A DNA stretch of 64,000 bases from Psilocybe cubensis (GCA_017499595.2 CM039008.1:62001-126000); one strand, 5' to 3'. Numbered from the stretch's first letter, positions 48,371 to 61,900 are shown. Numbers and translations are program-made. The notes: generated by a model from the sequence alone, not told the origin.

Positions 48371-49269
48371 GTACTGGCATCAAACTGGTACCCGTAATCC
48401 GTAGGTATTAGGTGTAAGAAACAGATGGCATGCCACCCATACGTATATGTTCTACTATTGTCCTTGTTGCCGATGTTTTCGATGGATCTCAATATCTGCA
48501 CCGCTCCTCAATTTAAAGCGAGGCACGCGCACAAGAGGCGCATGTCGGCTTGCACCGGAAGGGCACATGCGGAGTTTAAATTTCTTTTGGAACCAACAAG
48601 GACAAACAATGCGCCTTTTGACAATGTGTCAATGCCGTCCCAGCAATTCAAAGGACGATTGTTCAAAGAAAAGCACTTTTAAAGCAGCGCAAATCACATT
48701 TTATGAGGAATACAAGAAACATACAGAAGTTATCGCGACGTGGAGTCGAGGGAAGCTAACGGTAGGGGAATCGAGGAGGACGATCCCGGTGAGTGCGTTG
48801 CTTTTGGTTTTGCATGTTCTGGCGGATGGAATTGGAGAACACACGTCCTTACCATCTCTTTGTGTAGCCAACCCCGTCATCTTGATCTTCCCATTGCACT
48901 GACGAACAGTGGCACACACAACATAGTCGCTGTGGCAGCTGCACTCTCGCTCTTCATCATTTTCTTCAATGTGCCTTTGCTCATTTCTCTTCATCATACT
49001 TGGCCCACAGATTTGCTTACACCCTACACATGCTTATGATGCATATAGGAGGTATTTTCATCCTGTTTACCTCCCTTCTACCACGTCGTGTAACATATGA
49101 ACAATGAAGGGAACATGGGGTTTAACGACAGTTTAAGGATTCTTATTGCGGCCTAGAAACGGTGACTCGTACGTGTAGTTGCACTTGCTGTATTCAGGGT
49201 TTGGTTCTAATGTGCGCATACATTGTAGGGTGTTCTCTGGACTTGAGAAATGCGGAATACCTGCGCCGC

Positions 49270-49560
49270 TCGAAACAGAGTGACCTTTGGGAGGGGACAA
49301 CCGATTCAGACGTCAATATGGGGCATTCAGGTGAGTGGTTTTCTCTTCATTGTCCTTGCATAGAGCCAGAGAGACCACCACCACCCTCTTCCCATCCTGT
49401 TCTACGGCCGTCACCATCAATTTTCCACTGCACCGGCGTACTCAAACATCGACGCTGCACCAGCTACACCATGTCTATAATAACGACTTTAGGTATACTG
49501 TGTGCCACTTAACGGTTCCAACTTTAGAATGCGTCAGTGCAGTGGAACGTCAAGGTGTAT
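49270..49560 (+). repeat. Dispersed repeat family R, partial copy
   Basis: TTTGGGAGGGGACAACCGATTCAGACGTC and CATCGACGCTGCACCAGCTACACCATGTC match the 39.4-kb copy. Confidence 0.6.
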
Positions 49561-50745
49561 GCTATTTGCCTATACACTTCTCTCTTTTTTGTCCATCATC
49601 CTCTTAAACATACGCTTAACGCTGACGTCTCCTGTTGAGTATATGCCACTCATCTTGGTTACGGGCCGCAGGCCGCGGGTGGTGGTATACTAAAAACTTG
49701 ATCTCGCTCTATGCAGTCGTAGGCAGGACAAAGGGGTACCCAGGTATCCATTAGAACACTCCGAGCAACTTGACAGCTACACGACCAAACTTACCCAACC
49801 CTGTAAGTGCCTGCACCACACAATATCATTGGAGGATGCATAGCGATTCTCCAATGTAGAGCTTGGGCCTACTCAGTTTAAAAAGTATCTATATCCCATG
49901 AAGTATTTCTCGGATCGTTTACCGGGTTCCCTATGCCATTAAGGTGTACAATAATGTCCTGGAATTCAAGAGAGTAAGTAGTGAGACGTCGAAGAATACC
50001 AATTACCGCATTACCGCAAATTCCGGAGGTAACACATGTGCAAGCCATTCTCTTCGAAGAACCTATGATTCATTTTATGTGATCAGATTCAGAGTATCAA
50101 GGTTGGACAAAGACCCTTATCATTAGTCACGGCGAGTTTTGGCTCGAATCTTATGTGTTGGGACAAAAGCAACGTACACAGAGTACGGGAGGTTATTTTT
50201 GTACTTGTTCATCGACTTCTTGTTTATAATTAAGTTCTTCGGAGAATTATTGCTGTGAAAGGGCGCGTTGGTTGGACTCTGCTTTCAAAAACAAGGCAAT
50301 GACTGGATGGTTGAAATGCCATTGGTTTTACTGTAGGCTCACCGAGGAATTCTATAAGAATATTACACTAAATAATTTGTTTGGTTTACAATGCGGGACA
50401 AGTAACATTTAACTTACCCTCTAACCATGAAGGTTCTCCTCAAAACTCCCAGTCACGAGGGCCCCCTAGGTCTGAAACTTCAAAGTTAACGAATCACATG
50501 AACTCGAAGAATACCAGTGAGCATTCAAACGTTCGATGATAATGGATCAGTTTTATCTTGCCAGACTTGGAGGCTGGAGTTCAGGAAGCAAATTGGTAAA
50601 TGATACCAGACCTCTCGCTGGCCACACATCTCTGACAAACTTTGCGCTTATGGCGGCATATAATGGTATATAAAAGCCCACCTGAAGGCATGAGTTCAGT
50701 CATCACTAGACACTGCAAGGTTTCCTCCGAGTCAAGTTCTCCAAC

Positions 50746-51379
50746 ATGTTTGCTTTTACATCTCTCTTTGCCTTTGTGGCCACCACCATCACTATCGTCC
50801 ACTCCAGTCCAACCGTCTACCCAGACGTTATTCCTGGACCGGGATTCCCTAGCCTGGAGTCCCTTAACCTCACATCAAAGGATCTGTACACCATGAAGCC
50901 CCCAACATTCGACTTGTCTCTCACATCGCGCAGCGCCGAATACGATGCGAACTGGTATATTTGGCTAGCAATATAACATTGAAATTGACTAATTACAACA
51001 CATCTAGTTTTACATTCACCACGGCAGACGTAGACAACACCATCGCATGCTTCAACTACCTCGTCAGCATCGGGAACAATGCATGCACCGTTCCCGCGGA
51101 CAACATCGCATTCTGCCGTGCCGGCGACGCCGCCATCGGCGGGTCCAACCTCCACCAGACGTCCGGCGCAGCTTCATCGGCCTGTAAAGACGTCGCTACC
51201 GCTGTGCAATGGATATTCACCAATTGTAATGTCGGTGGACGAGTTGGTGGTAAGTTCCTTCATTTGCAAGCTTCCTACTATATTTGCTGATATTGACTTT
51301 GTGTGCGTGGAAAGGTGCGGATGCTGCGTATGGGAACGGAGATTTGGTTGTAGGAGTTTACAATACCAATTGGATTTAA
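50746..51379 (+). CDS. Small secreted cysteine-rich protein B, copy 2 (3 exons)
   Basis: MFAFTSLFAFVATTITIVHSSPTVYPDVIPGPG...IACFNYLVSIGNNAC...GNGDLVVGVYNTNWI*; same introns as copy 1; TATATAAAA near 50668. Confidence 0.88.
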
Positions 51380-52172
51380 ACTAGCTACCAAGGAAGCTAC
51401 AATTGCCCTTTAGTTGTTGCTTTGACAATCCCAATAATGAATGCGTTATCAAGGAATGGTGATAATGTGGACACATTAACATCGTTTTTATTGATTAAAG
51501 TTCACCGAACAATATTGGTTGATCATGTTACCATGACTTACCAGTATGTCAATTCTGATGTATGCGAACGTCAGTGATTGGATAGTGGAAACAACATTAT
51601 ATACTTGTTAAACTCACCACATGTCCTATACCATGCTAGATGTGAAATTTATGCTGAAGTATGCCCGCAAAGAGCACGCTACCTCAATGACGCTGCACGT
51701 ATTTCAATGACATGCACGCGCAAGGTTTGACAACTTGCACGCAAACTCATAAGAAAGTCGCGCAAATTTAATTGAATGCCATTTATGCGTGCCACGCAAA
51801 AATAGGTCGCACGCGGGCAAGCCACGCTCTTTTCCTGGTGCCCGTGTTGAAGTCTATAATTGTTCTATCGGTTGCAAAGTACATCGCGACTGCAGCATGC
51901 TCGGAAACGCCAGGGAATTGTCAACCGGTTAGCTGTGATTGGTCAGGAATATTTTTTTTCCACGGAACTGCGATTCTGCGCCTCGAGGTTAGTTCAGAAC
52001 ACACAAAAACGGGCAGCCCTGAATGTGTACCTGCGAGCTGGTGGGAAACGCGTGTTTAGCTGGGATTTATGAACCCATTCCGACGGACGAAGTAAACTTT
52101 CCACTTTCCTAACAACATAACCAGCCTTCGCATAAGTTGCTTCTTTATTTTTCCCATTCTTGCTACCGCAAA

Positions 52173-53525
52173 ATGCAGAACGCCAACGTCGTCAGCTTTT
52201 CCCCAATTAATAGCGAACACTTTGCTATCCCTACACTGTCAACGTCTATATCATGGGACAGTGCCTGGTCAAACCTGAATTTCTATTCAGAAGGCCGCTA
52301 TACAGGCGTCCCTTTAGACACAGTCCAGACGGCGTCAAATATCCAAATGTTCCCGAGTGTTGCATCAAGCTATGCCAGTGAGGAGGCTTCCCAGGACACA
52401 TCGGCCTCCACCCATCACGCTCCCTTGGGGTCTGAGAGCTTGTCGTACCCAGGATTTGTACCGCAAGGAACTCAAGAACTATTTGACAATCATCACTTGA
52501 GCGAGGAAGACAATGTGTCTATCAACGGTCAGACCAATAACACAACACTTGACGTATCGTCTCCTGAGTTATTACCTACCAATAACATCTACCCAGATAC
52601 CCATGTTTCTGTGTTGGTCGGTCATGAAGGGTCTGAGGATACCACATATCCAACCAATACACCGAACGAACTCACATTAGCTTCGGACACTGTGTCCCAG
52701 AGTGACCCCATAGACAGCCTACTTTCGTATGTCCTGTCCACAGGAACAATCGATCCTGCTTTGCTGGCGAAATCAATGCCATCATCACATAGCAAGCGTG
52801 AACAGGATATACCGCAAAGTCAGGTGGGCGACACATTGTTCAGTAGAAATGAGAACAACAGGGGGACATGCAGTGGGGTATACAAGCCAGTCCGCAGCGC
52901 GGTCGACGATCAAGATATGCGTGCAAACAGTTTCCGTCATGGGTATGGAGAGACGGAAACGTCGAAAAATGATACGTTCCAGCACCAGGAACCACACCTA
53001 GAGTATCGCTCCAGGGCCACACCTGTTGAGCAGATACCCACCATGGAATCTGAACCTCATGATGCTCGAAGGTATGTTTCGGCCTTCCGTTTCTCGATAT
53101 CATAATACTGAAACCACTGTAATGCAAGGGAGCCTATTCGGCTTGCTCAGAGCCGAGATACGGAAGAATCCAGAGTTCAGTGTCATGAAAGTGGTCATAG
53201 GTATGTGTATATGTATGCCTGCAGTTGAAATGAATCTCTAACATACAGATGGGTTGATGTTAGAGAAACTAGACCGGCAAGAAGAGAAAAACGCACTCGG
53301 TCACGGAGTCCTACTGAAGAAACACAAGACCGATTGCCAAAGCGCCGCAAAAATCTTGAAAGTGTGCAGGAGAACAACTCAAGAGGGAGGGAAAGAATGA
53401 ACAGCAATCCTGGCTGTGAGGCTCCCACCAAGAAAAAGGGCATACAAGGTCATAGGAGCGATTATGATGATACATTCCGTTCGCGGCAGGAGATAACTTC
53501 CAGTTCTTCTATCCGAGGTCGTTAG
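52173..53525 (+). CDS. Orphan gene C, copy 2 (3 exons, disordered, basic C-terminus)
   Basis: Long exon 52173-53071, then about 53129-53200 and 53249-53525. Motifs GTIDPALL, LPKRRK and QGHRSDYDDTFRSRQEI; paralog at 24517-33527. Confidence 0.7.
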
Positions 53526-54174
53526 AGGGGATGCATCATCATGGAGGTATAGAAGTTGGCAGTTGGTGGGAGAGCCGTGCCAGACATTTTTATCTTATCG
53601 ACCTAATCGATAGTCAGCCTGTTCTGTTATCTTATCTCATTTTTGTTTTATCATTGACCACGGCTACCGTGGGAAGTTTAACATTGTGAGGAGCGCAAGT
53701 GAAAAGGAAGAGTTTAAGGCGACAACGAATCGACGCTCGTCGTCTTCAAGGGAGTGGTGGGAGGAAGTGACAATGGGTTCAAGCGTGTATTGTAAGACGG
53801 GATGCGGACTGGTCACATTGTCAAAATTAAACTATCACGACTTTGGCTGAGGGTCGTTCGTATAAAAACAAACCTTTTCCCATCGGTAGGGACTCGTTAC
53901 TAATTAATGTTTCAATACTGTCCTTTATTGACAGGATATTTTTTAGAGTAAAATCCAATCTTCATTTTCGCAAAAAGAAGGTAAATTCATTGAGGAACGT
54001 AAGAAACGATACAAAACCGTGTATATATCCAAATTTACAATTTCACAAAACAAGAGAGCGTTAACAAGCAATGGGATCATTTGTATTATTGTAGTAGCTC
54101 GCTCAGATCTTCTATTTGAATATCAGCACTTCGGTGATTCTGAAAGTTTATGCTCATACCTCGTGTCAAGCTGG

Positions 54175-55113
54175 TTACTTCTGGGTGATAATATGGCGGA
54201 GATTCCAAGTCGTTACGCCATAGTACATTCCTTCTGTCTCCACCACAACTCCGCTCTTTGATTTGCTGTAAATGGTGAAAGGGATATCCAGGGTAGATTG
54301 GGTAACACTGGAGGTAGCAACAACAGTGGAATGGGGAGGAGCTGTGACAGGGAATGTGGCCTTGTAAGCTTTGGACTTCTTCGTCGTTGAACCCCAGGTA
54401 AAATTGGACGTGCTGGTTGCGTCCACTTTAATCGACCCTTCTGAAACCAAAGGGACTCCCGTTTTTATCTCCAACCCCACCGTGAGACTGAACCCCTGCG
54501 AAAATTGGAATGATGATGTCTCTTCGGTGCTCGTGTCGACGGAGGCTTCCAGTTTTTGGACGATGCTGGTGTCGTTTTTGAGCTCCTGTGTGGCGAGCAC
54601 CACCGGGGTGGACTGCACGATTTTGCCTTGATCGACGTGATATACAACACGGTCAATTTCCGTGTGCTCAAAGGTAAAACTGAAGTATTGAGTTACGTCC
54701 TTGGGGTTTCCTTCAGGGACACTTGTTAATAAGGAAACGGCCGAGGACCAGACAGCGGAGATGGAAGGGCAAACTACGCGAAAGCCAGACGAGAGATGCT
54801 CTGTTCCGACTTCAAATGTGAACCAGTTCTCGTCATGGACGCCGTCTCCAGCGGTATGTTCGACAAGAGCATGTGTGCCCTTCTTCGATAACAGTACTTT
54901 TCCAGAGTATGTGCCTCTTATAGCGTATTGGCCAGCACGATCGCCAGTACCATGGATAAGTTCGAAATTACAGTCACGTTCCGGTTCCGTAGACCCCATG
55001 GTTAGCCCTACTTTAGGATCTTTGCTGTCGTTAGAGTAGACTGGGTTTGGCAGTAAAAACGAGCTACAGATTGAAAAGTAAAATTTTGGAGGAGGTATAA
55101 ACAGGTCTGGCAT
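54175..55113 (-). CDS. LSL-like hemolytic lectin: N-terminal beta-trefoil plus C-terminal aerolysin-type pore-forming domain, 312 aa
   Basis: MPDLFIPPPKFYF...LIHGTGDRAGQYAI...GKVL...GDG...NWF...QYFSFTFE...STPVVLATQEL...GVP...ATFPVTA...EGMYYGVTTWNLRH follows, from memory, the Laetiporus sulphureus lectin along its length. The ATG at 55155 in the ORF track falls in an intron. Confidence 0.9.
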   Translation of the reverse strand: MPDLFIPPPKFYFSICSSFLLPNPVYSNDSKDPKVGLTMGSTEPERDCNFELIHGTGDRAGQYAIRGTYSGKVLLSKKGTHALVEHTAGDGVHDENWFTFEVGTEHLSSGFRVVCPSISAVWSSAVSLLTSVPEGNPKDVTQYFSFTFEHTEIDRVVYHVDQGKIVQSTPVVLATQELKNDTSIVQKLEASVDTSTEETSSFQFSQGFSLTVGLEIKTGVPLVSEGSIKVDATSTSNFTWGSTTKKSKAYKATFPVTAPPHSTVVATSSVTQSTLDIPFTIYSKSKSGVVVETEGMYYGVTTWNLRHIITQK

Positions 55114-55440
55114 TGTGACGTTATCCTTTCGTGAAGAACAAACCATTGTCAGCATATGTAACGCCTGTTAAAGATAAACAGCTTACAAATTGACTGCAAA
55201 GAAAGGCAAACGGATATGTCGATGATTACAATAATCGAGCTTCTATATGATGCCGGTTGGAAATGTACCAAAGGAAACCTTACAATCTTGGAAAGTTAGA
55301 AGATGGCCGAATGGAGGGGAAAATAAGTCAGAAAACATTTAAAGTGCATGCAAAGTCATCTTACAATCTCGGAAGCCGCCCACCAAATGAGAGGAGGAAT
55401 CGATGATGGGATGAGAGTTGCTCTGGCGTTGGTTTACCTT

Positions 55441-55450
55441 GCTTTTATAC
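55441..55450 (-). promoter_or_regulatory. TATA box of the LSL-like gene
   Basis: GTATAAAAGC on the minus strand upstream of an intron-containing 5' UTR. Confidence 0.55.
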
Positions 55451-56549
55451 CTAACATCTGAGCATATTATATACATTCACAAGTGAAATTTATCAAAAAC
55501 TTCCAAAACGTGTTATCAGGTTAGTGTCCGATTAGTTTCTTTTTTGACTGATGTATGTAATCACCTATGAACACCGAAGGGATAGAGAAATCTCACCGTC
55601 GAACGATTGAATTGTTCCAGGGATTCGTCGTACAATCAATGTGTGGGGGATATTTGCCGGGGATTGATGCCAGCATATGCCAGTGCTGAGCGGTACCGAA
55701 TGACGGGAAGCGAGAAAAGAAAACCAACGTTTCGTTCCGTTGTCTCTTTCACGTATATGTGTCACCTCCTTTCAATTCAACGAAACATAATCCGACATGC
55801 TTCCAACTTCGAATTTGACAGAAGACGTAATGAGGCTTGAAAGCTTTGGAGCGCCAACAACTATTCCACGTACCTACCACAGGGATAATGTTCTAATAGG
55901 TTGATTTCTGTGGGTAATATTCCTCCAGTGGGATATCGAATTTTTATCCCCAAGTCCCTGAAGCGCAAAATTCTGAGGTTCACCAGAACAAACATTGTAT
56001 GTTTATACAACGCGAATAGAAGACGATTGCAGTCTGGAGATGTTATGGTTCACTAAACACAAGCGAATAGAGGTTCAAGTGATAAGCGAACATTCAGTTG
56101 GATCATTGGCAAATAAATTATTGAGACCATGCTCATCGATAGTGTGTGGCGTCCGAAGGTAACGAGGGAGTTCAGGTCGTAATACGAGTTCTATTCGGAC
56201 CTGTTTATGCAGCGATAGTGTAGCATTGCAAAGGTCGAATTTCTTTGTCTTTGTCTTCTGTTGTGATTTTCGTGATTTCAGCCAGGAGAAATGGGTGCGA
56301 GTACATCACGAGTTAGCCACTTAACAGGAATTGATCATTCAAGGGTGCTAGCGCCATGATACATGTGCATGAGGCCTTGAGGAGTCAAATTCAGGTTAAC
56401 GATGACATATCATTTCCAATTGTGAACGATTCAGTATGTTATAAAGATCTCATCGACGACAAAACTTCCGATGGTCGACCAAGGGGTCTTACTCTTCTTT
56501 CCAAAAACCTTCTCAAAAACAGCACTTAACGGTCTCTCTCGTTTCCGCA

Positions 56550-57143
56550 CTATGCCGGCACGACGATAAAGTCCTCAAAACCCTTTACAGAAACTGGGAC
56601 ATTGAAAACCCCGAATCCTATAAGTACATGTTATTATACAGAGTCAAATTGTGAGTTAACGTGACGTTTTGTAGAACAACGCACCTTTTAGTCCTGCAGG
56701 GTTGTTGCAATGCCACCGGAGAGTAATTCCCTCCTCGATATGCACGACTGAACCTGCTGTCACTGTAACGTGGGATCTGGGATTTTTGAGGTCTTCATAC
56801 TTCGCTTCACCTATGAAATGAAAGTTAAATTAGTGAGATTGTGATATTGGGAGGAAAGATTGAGTAGAAATAGTTTTTTTCTCACCGTGAATGAAATGGA
56901 CTACCCCAGAGCCAGGATATTTGAGATACACATCAGTGCCTTTTTCTGCGATAAAGACAACTGGAAGCAGATAGCGTGGCGTATCACTTGAATGGTCGTG
57001 AAGGACGACATCGCGGTGTATGAATCCATGGTCGCAGGCTTCATAAGGATTGTGGATATATGCTTCGATGGGAATGTGCTGTTCGAGGCCAAATGTTAGC
57101 GTCAGAAAGGCTGTTGATGATTTTAACGGAATACTTTAGGCAT
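56550..57143 (-). CDS. Small cupin-fold (EutQ-like) protein D, copy 2, 131 aa, 4 exons
   Basis: Exons 57143-57135, 57078-56886, 56810-56685, 56617-56550 give MPKHIPIEAY...LKYPGSGVVHFIHGEAKYEDLKNPRSHVTVTAGSVVHIEEGITLRWHC...VPA*. Confidence 0.82.
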
Positions 57144-58929
57144 GATGCAAATATTGAGTTGAAGGTGAGGACTGAGAAATTGCCTGTGGCTTTAAATCGT
57201 GTTTCGCAACTACATAAAAATAGACCTATGCGGCTGATCTGTTCAAATAGCATTACCCTAGACCAAAGAATATGTCTGTTATCTACGAAGTCGTCAAAGA
57301 GCCTCGTATCACGAGGATTGCATGGCTAGAGAATCGATATGACAATACTGAAGGATATAGTAGAAAATGGGTGTACTGGAATAGATGCTTAGGGTACCAC
57401 AACCTCAAATCACTCTACCTTTTTATCCCATTTGGGTAGGTGTGTTATTATTAAATACGATGTATTGGACTGCTGTTTTCAAGGGATGGTTCGCAGACGA
57501 TATTGCCTATTAACGGGCTAGAGTCAACGGGATTGATGGGTGCGGGTGCAATTGTTCACACCCTCACGAGTTACAATTTTATCAGAAGCTCATCGTTTAG
57601 ACGGACGGATTAACACTCTATCTGACGTGGTATGTTCCTTCCGTAATGAATATTTTATACTAATTTTCCGAGCTCAGTGAAGTACAGTGATAGCTCATAC
57701 ATAAATGGAGAACAATGAGGATTCCGAGACGAAAATTTCTTCTGTACTGTTTACATTGTCCGGGACATAGTTCACGGGTAATCCTGTACTTCGAGTATAA
57801 TATGAAGTCAATGACAGTCAAGTTCAAGTTCAAGTTCCAAAGTAAGACCTATAGATGTAGAAAAGGAGCTGCAATGCCAGCCGACTTGTACATGTAGTTC
57901 TGCAATTTTTTGATCGTCTTTCAATGTACGTGCGAAATCTCAACTTACAATGTTATCGATAAATATACAACCTTCCGTAAATCATATGCGTCCCATCCCA
58001 CATTTTCAAAATGTGTCACACACGTCGACTATTTATGGTTAAACTAGCCACTACAGCCACTACTTACATCGTCACGACGAGACAGAACTGCATATCATGT
58101 ATGAATAAGAAAGTTAGACCAAGGTAAACGATGCGACTGAAATCTTGATATAAGCGCTCACACAGGTTTATGATTGTTGAAATCCTAATGCTGGATACAA
58201 TGATACTGATGATAAAGGACAGATCCGCTCAGCGCGCATGTGCATAACTACACGTTCCGCTTCGACCTTTGCATGGCAAATTCATGATCTGTGACATCTG
58301 AGCAATGTCATATGGTGAGATTTAGCTATTATAATGCCGATAGTATTGATTTGATCAAGAAAAGTTGAGCTGGAAAGATTTTTGGGCAGTATTCTACCCA
58401 AGGTGCTGCCATAGCACAATGCCGCAAATCGCCGCCCCAAACATTATTCCCACGCTCAAAAGTCCAGACCGCACAGAAAATAAAATTATTTTGCCATCAC
58501 CCCTAAAGCAAACAAAGCACGCAGCCTCAAGCCTCATTTCCCAACCAACCCTCCCATCATCAATTCCATATTTCCTCGATTCTTCCTGTCTGCCCCTTTT
58601 TTCCGAGCAAGGTGTCGTTGAAGAAAGCAGAACGGTGACCACGAAGGAGTCGGAGACGTGGACAGACGTGGACACATTCCCTCATCCTACGACGTTACGA
58701 CCTATCGACATTTTTTTTGGGGGAACCTCGATACGCGATACACTCATATCTACACGACTTGTACCGCATATATTTACAGCTAACACCTGTTCTCGCACGC
58801 ATATATTCACACCCAACGCCTCTACTTGAACGCATATACTCACCTCCAACGCTTCTGACAGCGACGGCTGAACGTTAGCAGGGATACCACCCAAAAGGAC
58901 ACGGTCGAAAAAGCAGGGCAAGATTAACC

Positions 58930-61900
58930 ATGGGCTTGGAGGCAGCGGAGCTCGCACGGTGGACACGGTTCGCAGCCAAGGGTGGGATCGGAAAGTGCAT
59001 CGCGTTGTGTGACTGTGTCGCCGAGAGCCCGGACGATCTTATGTTCTTGAAGGTGCGTAATCACCTCCCATCTTTTCCCCGTTTCGTGGAGGGGCATTTG
59101 AAGGCCCTGTTGTGGAACCACTCTTTCATACTGCCGTGGTAATGTTGTCGCGGTAGCGCCTCCTTGGAGCCATCAACATAACAATCTTCACGGTCAACGC
59201 CTCCTTATACTGCATGTTTTGCGATTGGAGGATGGAGCTGACAAAACGGCTTCTAGGACGATGAAATCACGGTGTTGTATCAGATACCAGAGCTTGAGGG
59301 GACGTACCTCGTAAGTGCATTCACTGCTTCCATTTTTTTTTCGCACCATTCCAAATTTTGTTGTATTTGGAATTTTATCCACAAACATACCAATCCCCCG
59401 CCTACCTCATTGCATAACGAGTTGACCACTGACTACTACTTTTTCTTTTTCCTGTTCTTCCTTTCTTTCTGCTGTTACTACTCTAACCACACCCACGGCC
59501 ACGCGACATCCTAAACACCAACATTTCGAACCCCTATCCACCACACAGGGCTACTGCGAAGGCGTAGTCGGCCGCTTTTCTGGCTCGAACGTTCATTTCC
59601 TCACGCGACTCAAGCGTCCTGTCATGACCAAGCGCGCGAGCGTTGCCAGTGTGTCTGCAGCCTCTTCTGCGGGGGGAAAGAGCCCGACACCTGGAGGTGG
59701 TGCGGCTGGAGGAGCATCGGGATCAGGTCGAATGAGTGCAAGCCCCGCACCTCCGCCAGGACAAGGACAGGGTCCAAGTCCGAGTCCTGGTTCATCACAG
59801 CAAAGACGTAGCTCCAGCTCTGCTTCCAACCCGTACTCGCATTCCCTAGAAAGACGTGGGTCGACGTCAGCGTATGGTTCAACGCCGCGGGTTATGTCGC
59901 CCCTTTCCATGTCTATGTCAACGTCAGCATCGGGACCTGGATCAAGTTTGGGTGGCGCAGGGGAAAAGGATATAGAGAGGGAGAGGGGCATAGAGACGCG
60001 CGAGGGTAACCAGCATCAGCAACAGCCACGAAAAGCGAGTGCGGGGTCTGTATCTTCCTCAAGCATGGTTGACAGTCCATCTACCAATGCACCAGGCGTA
60101 AATATTGCATACCCAGACTTTTCTGCGCCTCCGCCTCCTGCGCGCGTTGGTGTGCGGAATTTGGCTGTCACTGGCATGAGCCCGCCGACGAGTCCACGTG
60201 CGGGGATAGCGAGTTTTGGGTCAATGGGTGCGTTTAGTTCATCGCCTCCACACGCGTCATCATCAGATCCCACACCCACACCCGCATCAGCACCTTCGAC
60301 CAGTGTACCCATTTCCTCTTCTTCCGCATCGATATCGACATCCGCATCGAGCTCGACCTCTTCAACACCTACATCGACGTCCACATCGCCGACACCATCA
60401 CCCGCATCTGCGCTCTCGCTTACGGCCACAAGCGCGTGGCCGCTCCCACCTAGTGCGACGCGGCATGGCGGTGGGTTGCAGAGTGTCGGTATGAGTATGA
60501 ACTTGGAGCACGCGATGGGGAGGGAGGCTGGACAAGTGTCGGATTCGGATTGGCGTACGCAAGGTCAGCAACAACACCCTCCAAGTACGCAGCGATACAC
60601 CGCACATGCGCCGTCGCCTCTTAACCTCCATCCCAATTCACACTCGGTAGAACCTGGTGGGACCTCGCCGTTGAGGATTCTGAAGCGATCGCCGACGATT
60701 GGTGGGTCTTTTTCGCCTTCTCCTGGACTGTCTCCTGGGTTGTCGCCCGGTGTGTCGATGTCTCCGGCGCTTGCGTCGTCGTATGGATCTGGCACTGGTG
60801 GTGGCGTCGGTGCGGGTGTTGGGGGCGTAGCGCCTCTATCTCCCACCTCACAGAATGCAAACGCGAACCCGCCACCATCTGCAGCATCGCTGACATCCTT
60901 CATATCCGCGTCGTCTGCGAGCGTGTATTCGCGGAGTTCGGGGCCTGAGGGTGTAGATGAAGGGAGTGTTTATTCGCAGGACGACGGCGACGAAGGGGAT
61001 GACGGTGAGCGGACACAGTTGGGTCATGGTCGTGTTTCCGACACGGTCCATGGACAAGGTGGTGGTATACGCGGTGGCTTGGGTGGGTTGGACGCGTTGG
61101 CTGCGTTGGATACCAAGGAACTTGGGACTGGAAATGGTGCTGGAGCAACTGGAGGAGGGCAAGGCGGTGTGGGCGATATCGGGATGAGCCTCCTCGACGG
61201 GCTCAACGCGTTTTCCGACTCGGATTCGGATGGGGACTCGGAGACGTCGTCTGTCGCGTCGTTGCGTCGGAAAACGCGGAATCGAGGGGCCGTTGGTGGT
61301 GGTGATGTCGAGGAAGATGATGATAGGAGTGTTTACGGGAATGGAAGTGAGGAAGGAACCGTTGAGGGTTTGGGATACGCACTTTCTCTGGATGGACACG
61401 GGCAGTCTATGTCCTCCAATACAACTTCCACAACCGCGATACCCGCGACCGTCCACGAATCGCGCAACGAAGCTGCGGAGGAAGACGATGATGGAGAAGG
61501 CCAAGAAATTCTCGCTCCGCTTCCGGCGCATACAGGAACGCTTCCGCTCTCTCCACGCTCGCCAAAGTCGCCTCGATCGCCCGCGTTCTCGGTAAGAAGT
61601 CTTCATTCGCTGCAAGGTTCAGGAAGACCTCCACCTCCAAATGCACCGAGTGCTTCGGGAGTCGTACCTCCTCCAACAATACCAACGCGCGAACGTACGT
61701 CTTCTCATGCGTCTCTTGCGCCGTCCGTGCACTCCTCTATGTCCGCGCTGTCCGGCGCGTCGTCTGTGCGGTCAGGTAAAGCTGATAGCCAGCGCTCGAG
61801 CTCTGACTGGGATGGTGCTGCGGATATTTATGATGATTATCGGTATTCGAGATATTCAAGATATTCAAGATATTCGAGGTATTCTGTTGGGACTGTTGGG

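Noticed and set aside
51690-51830. Cluster of GCACGC/CACGC motifs
   Set aside because: No regular period or defined ends; possibly a transposon terminal relic but not supportable.
61838-61885. 9-nt tandem repeat encoding YSRYSRYSR
   Set aside because: Ordinary coding minisatellite within a disordered region; no spacers, not an array system.
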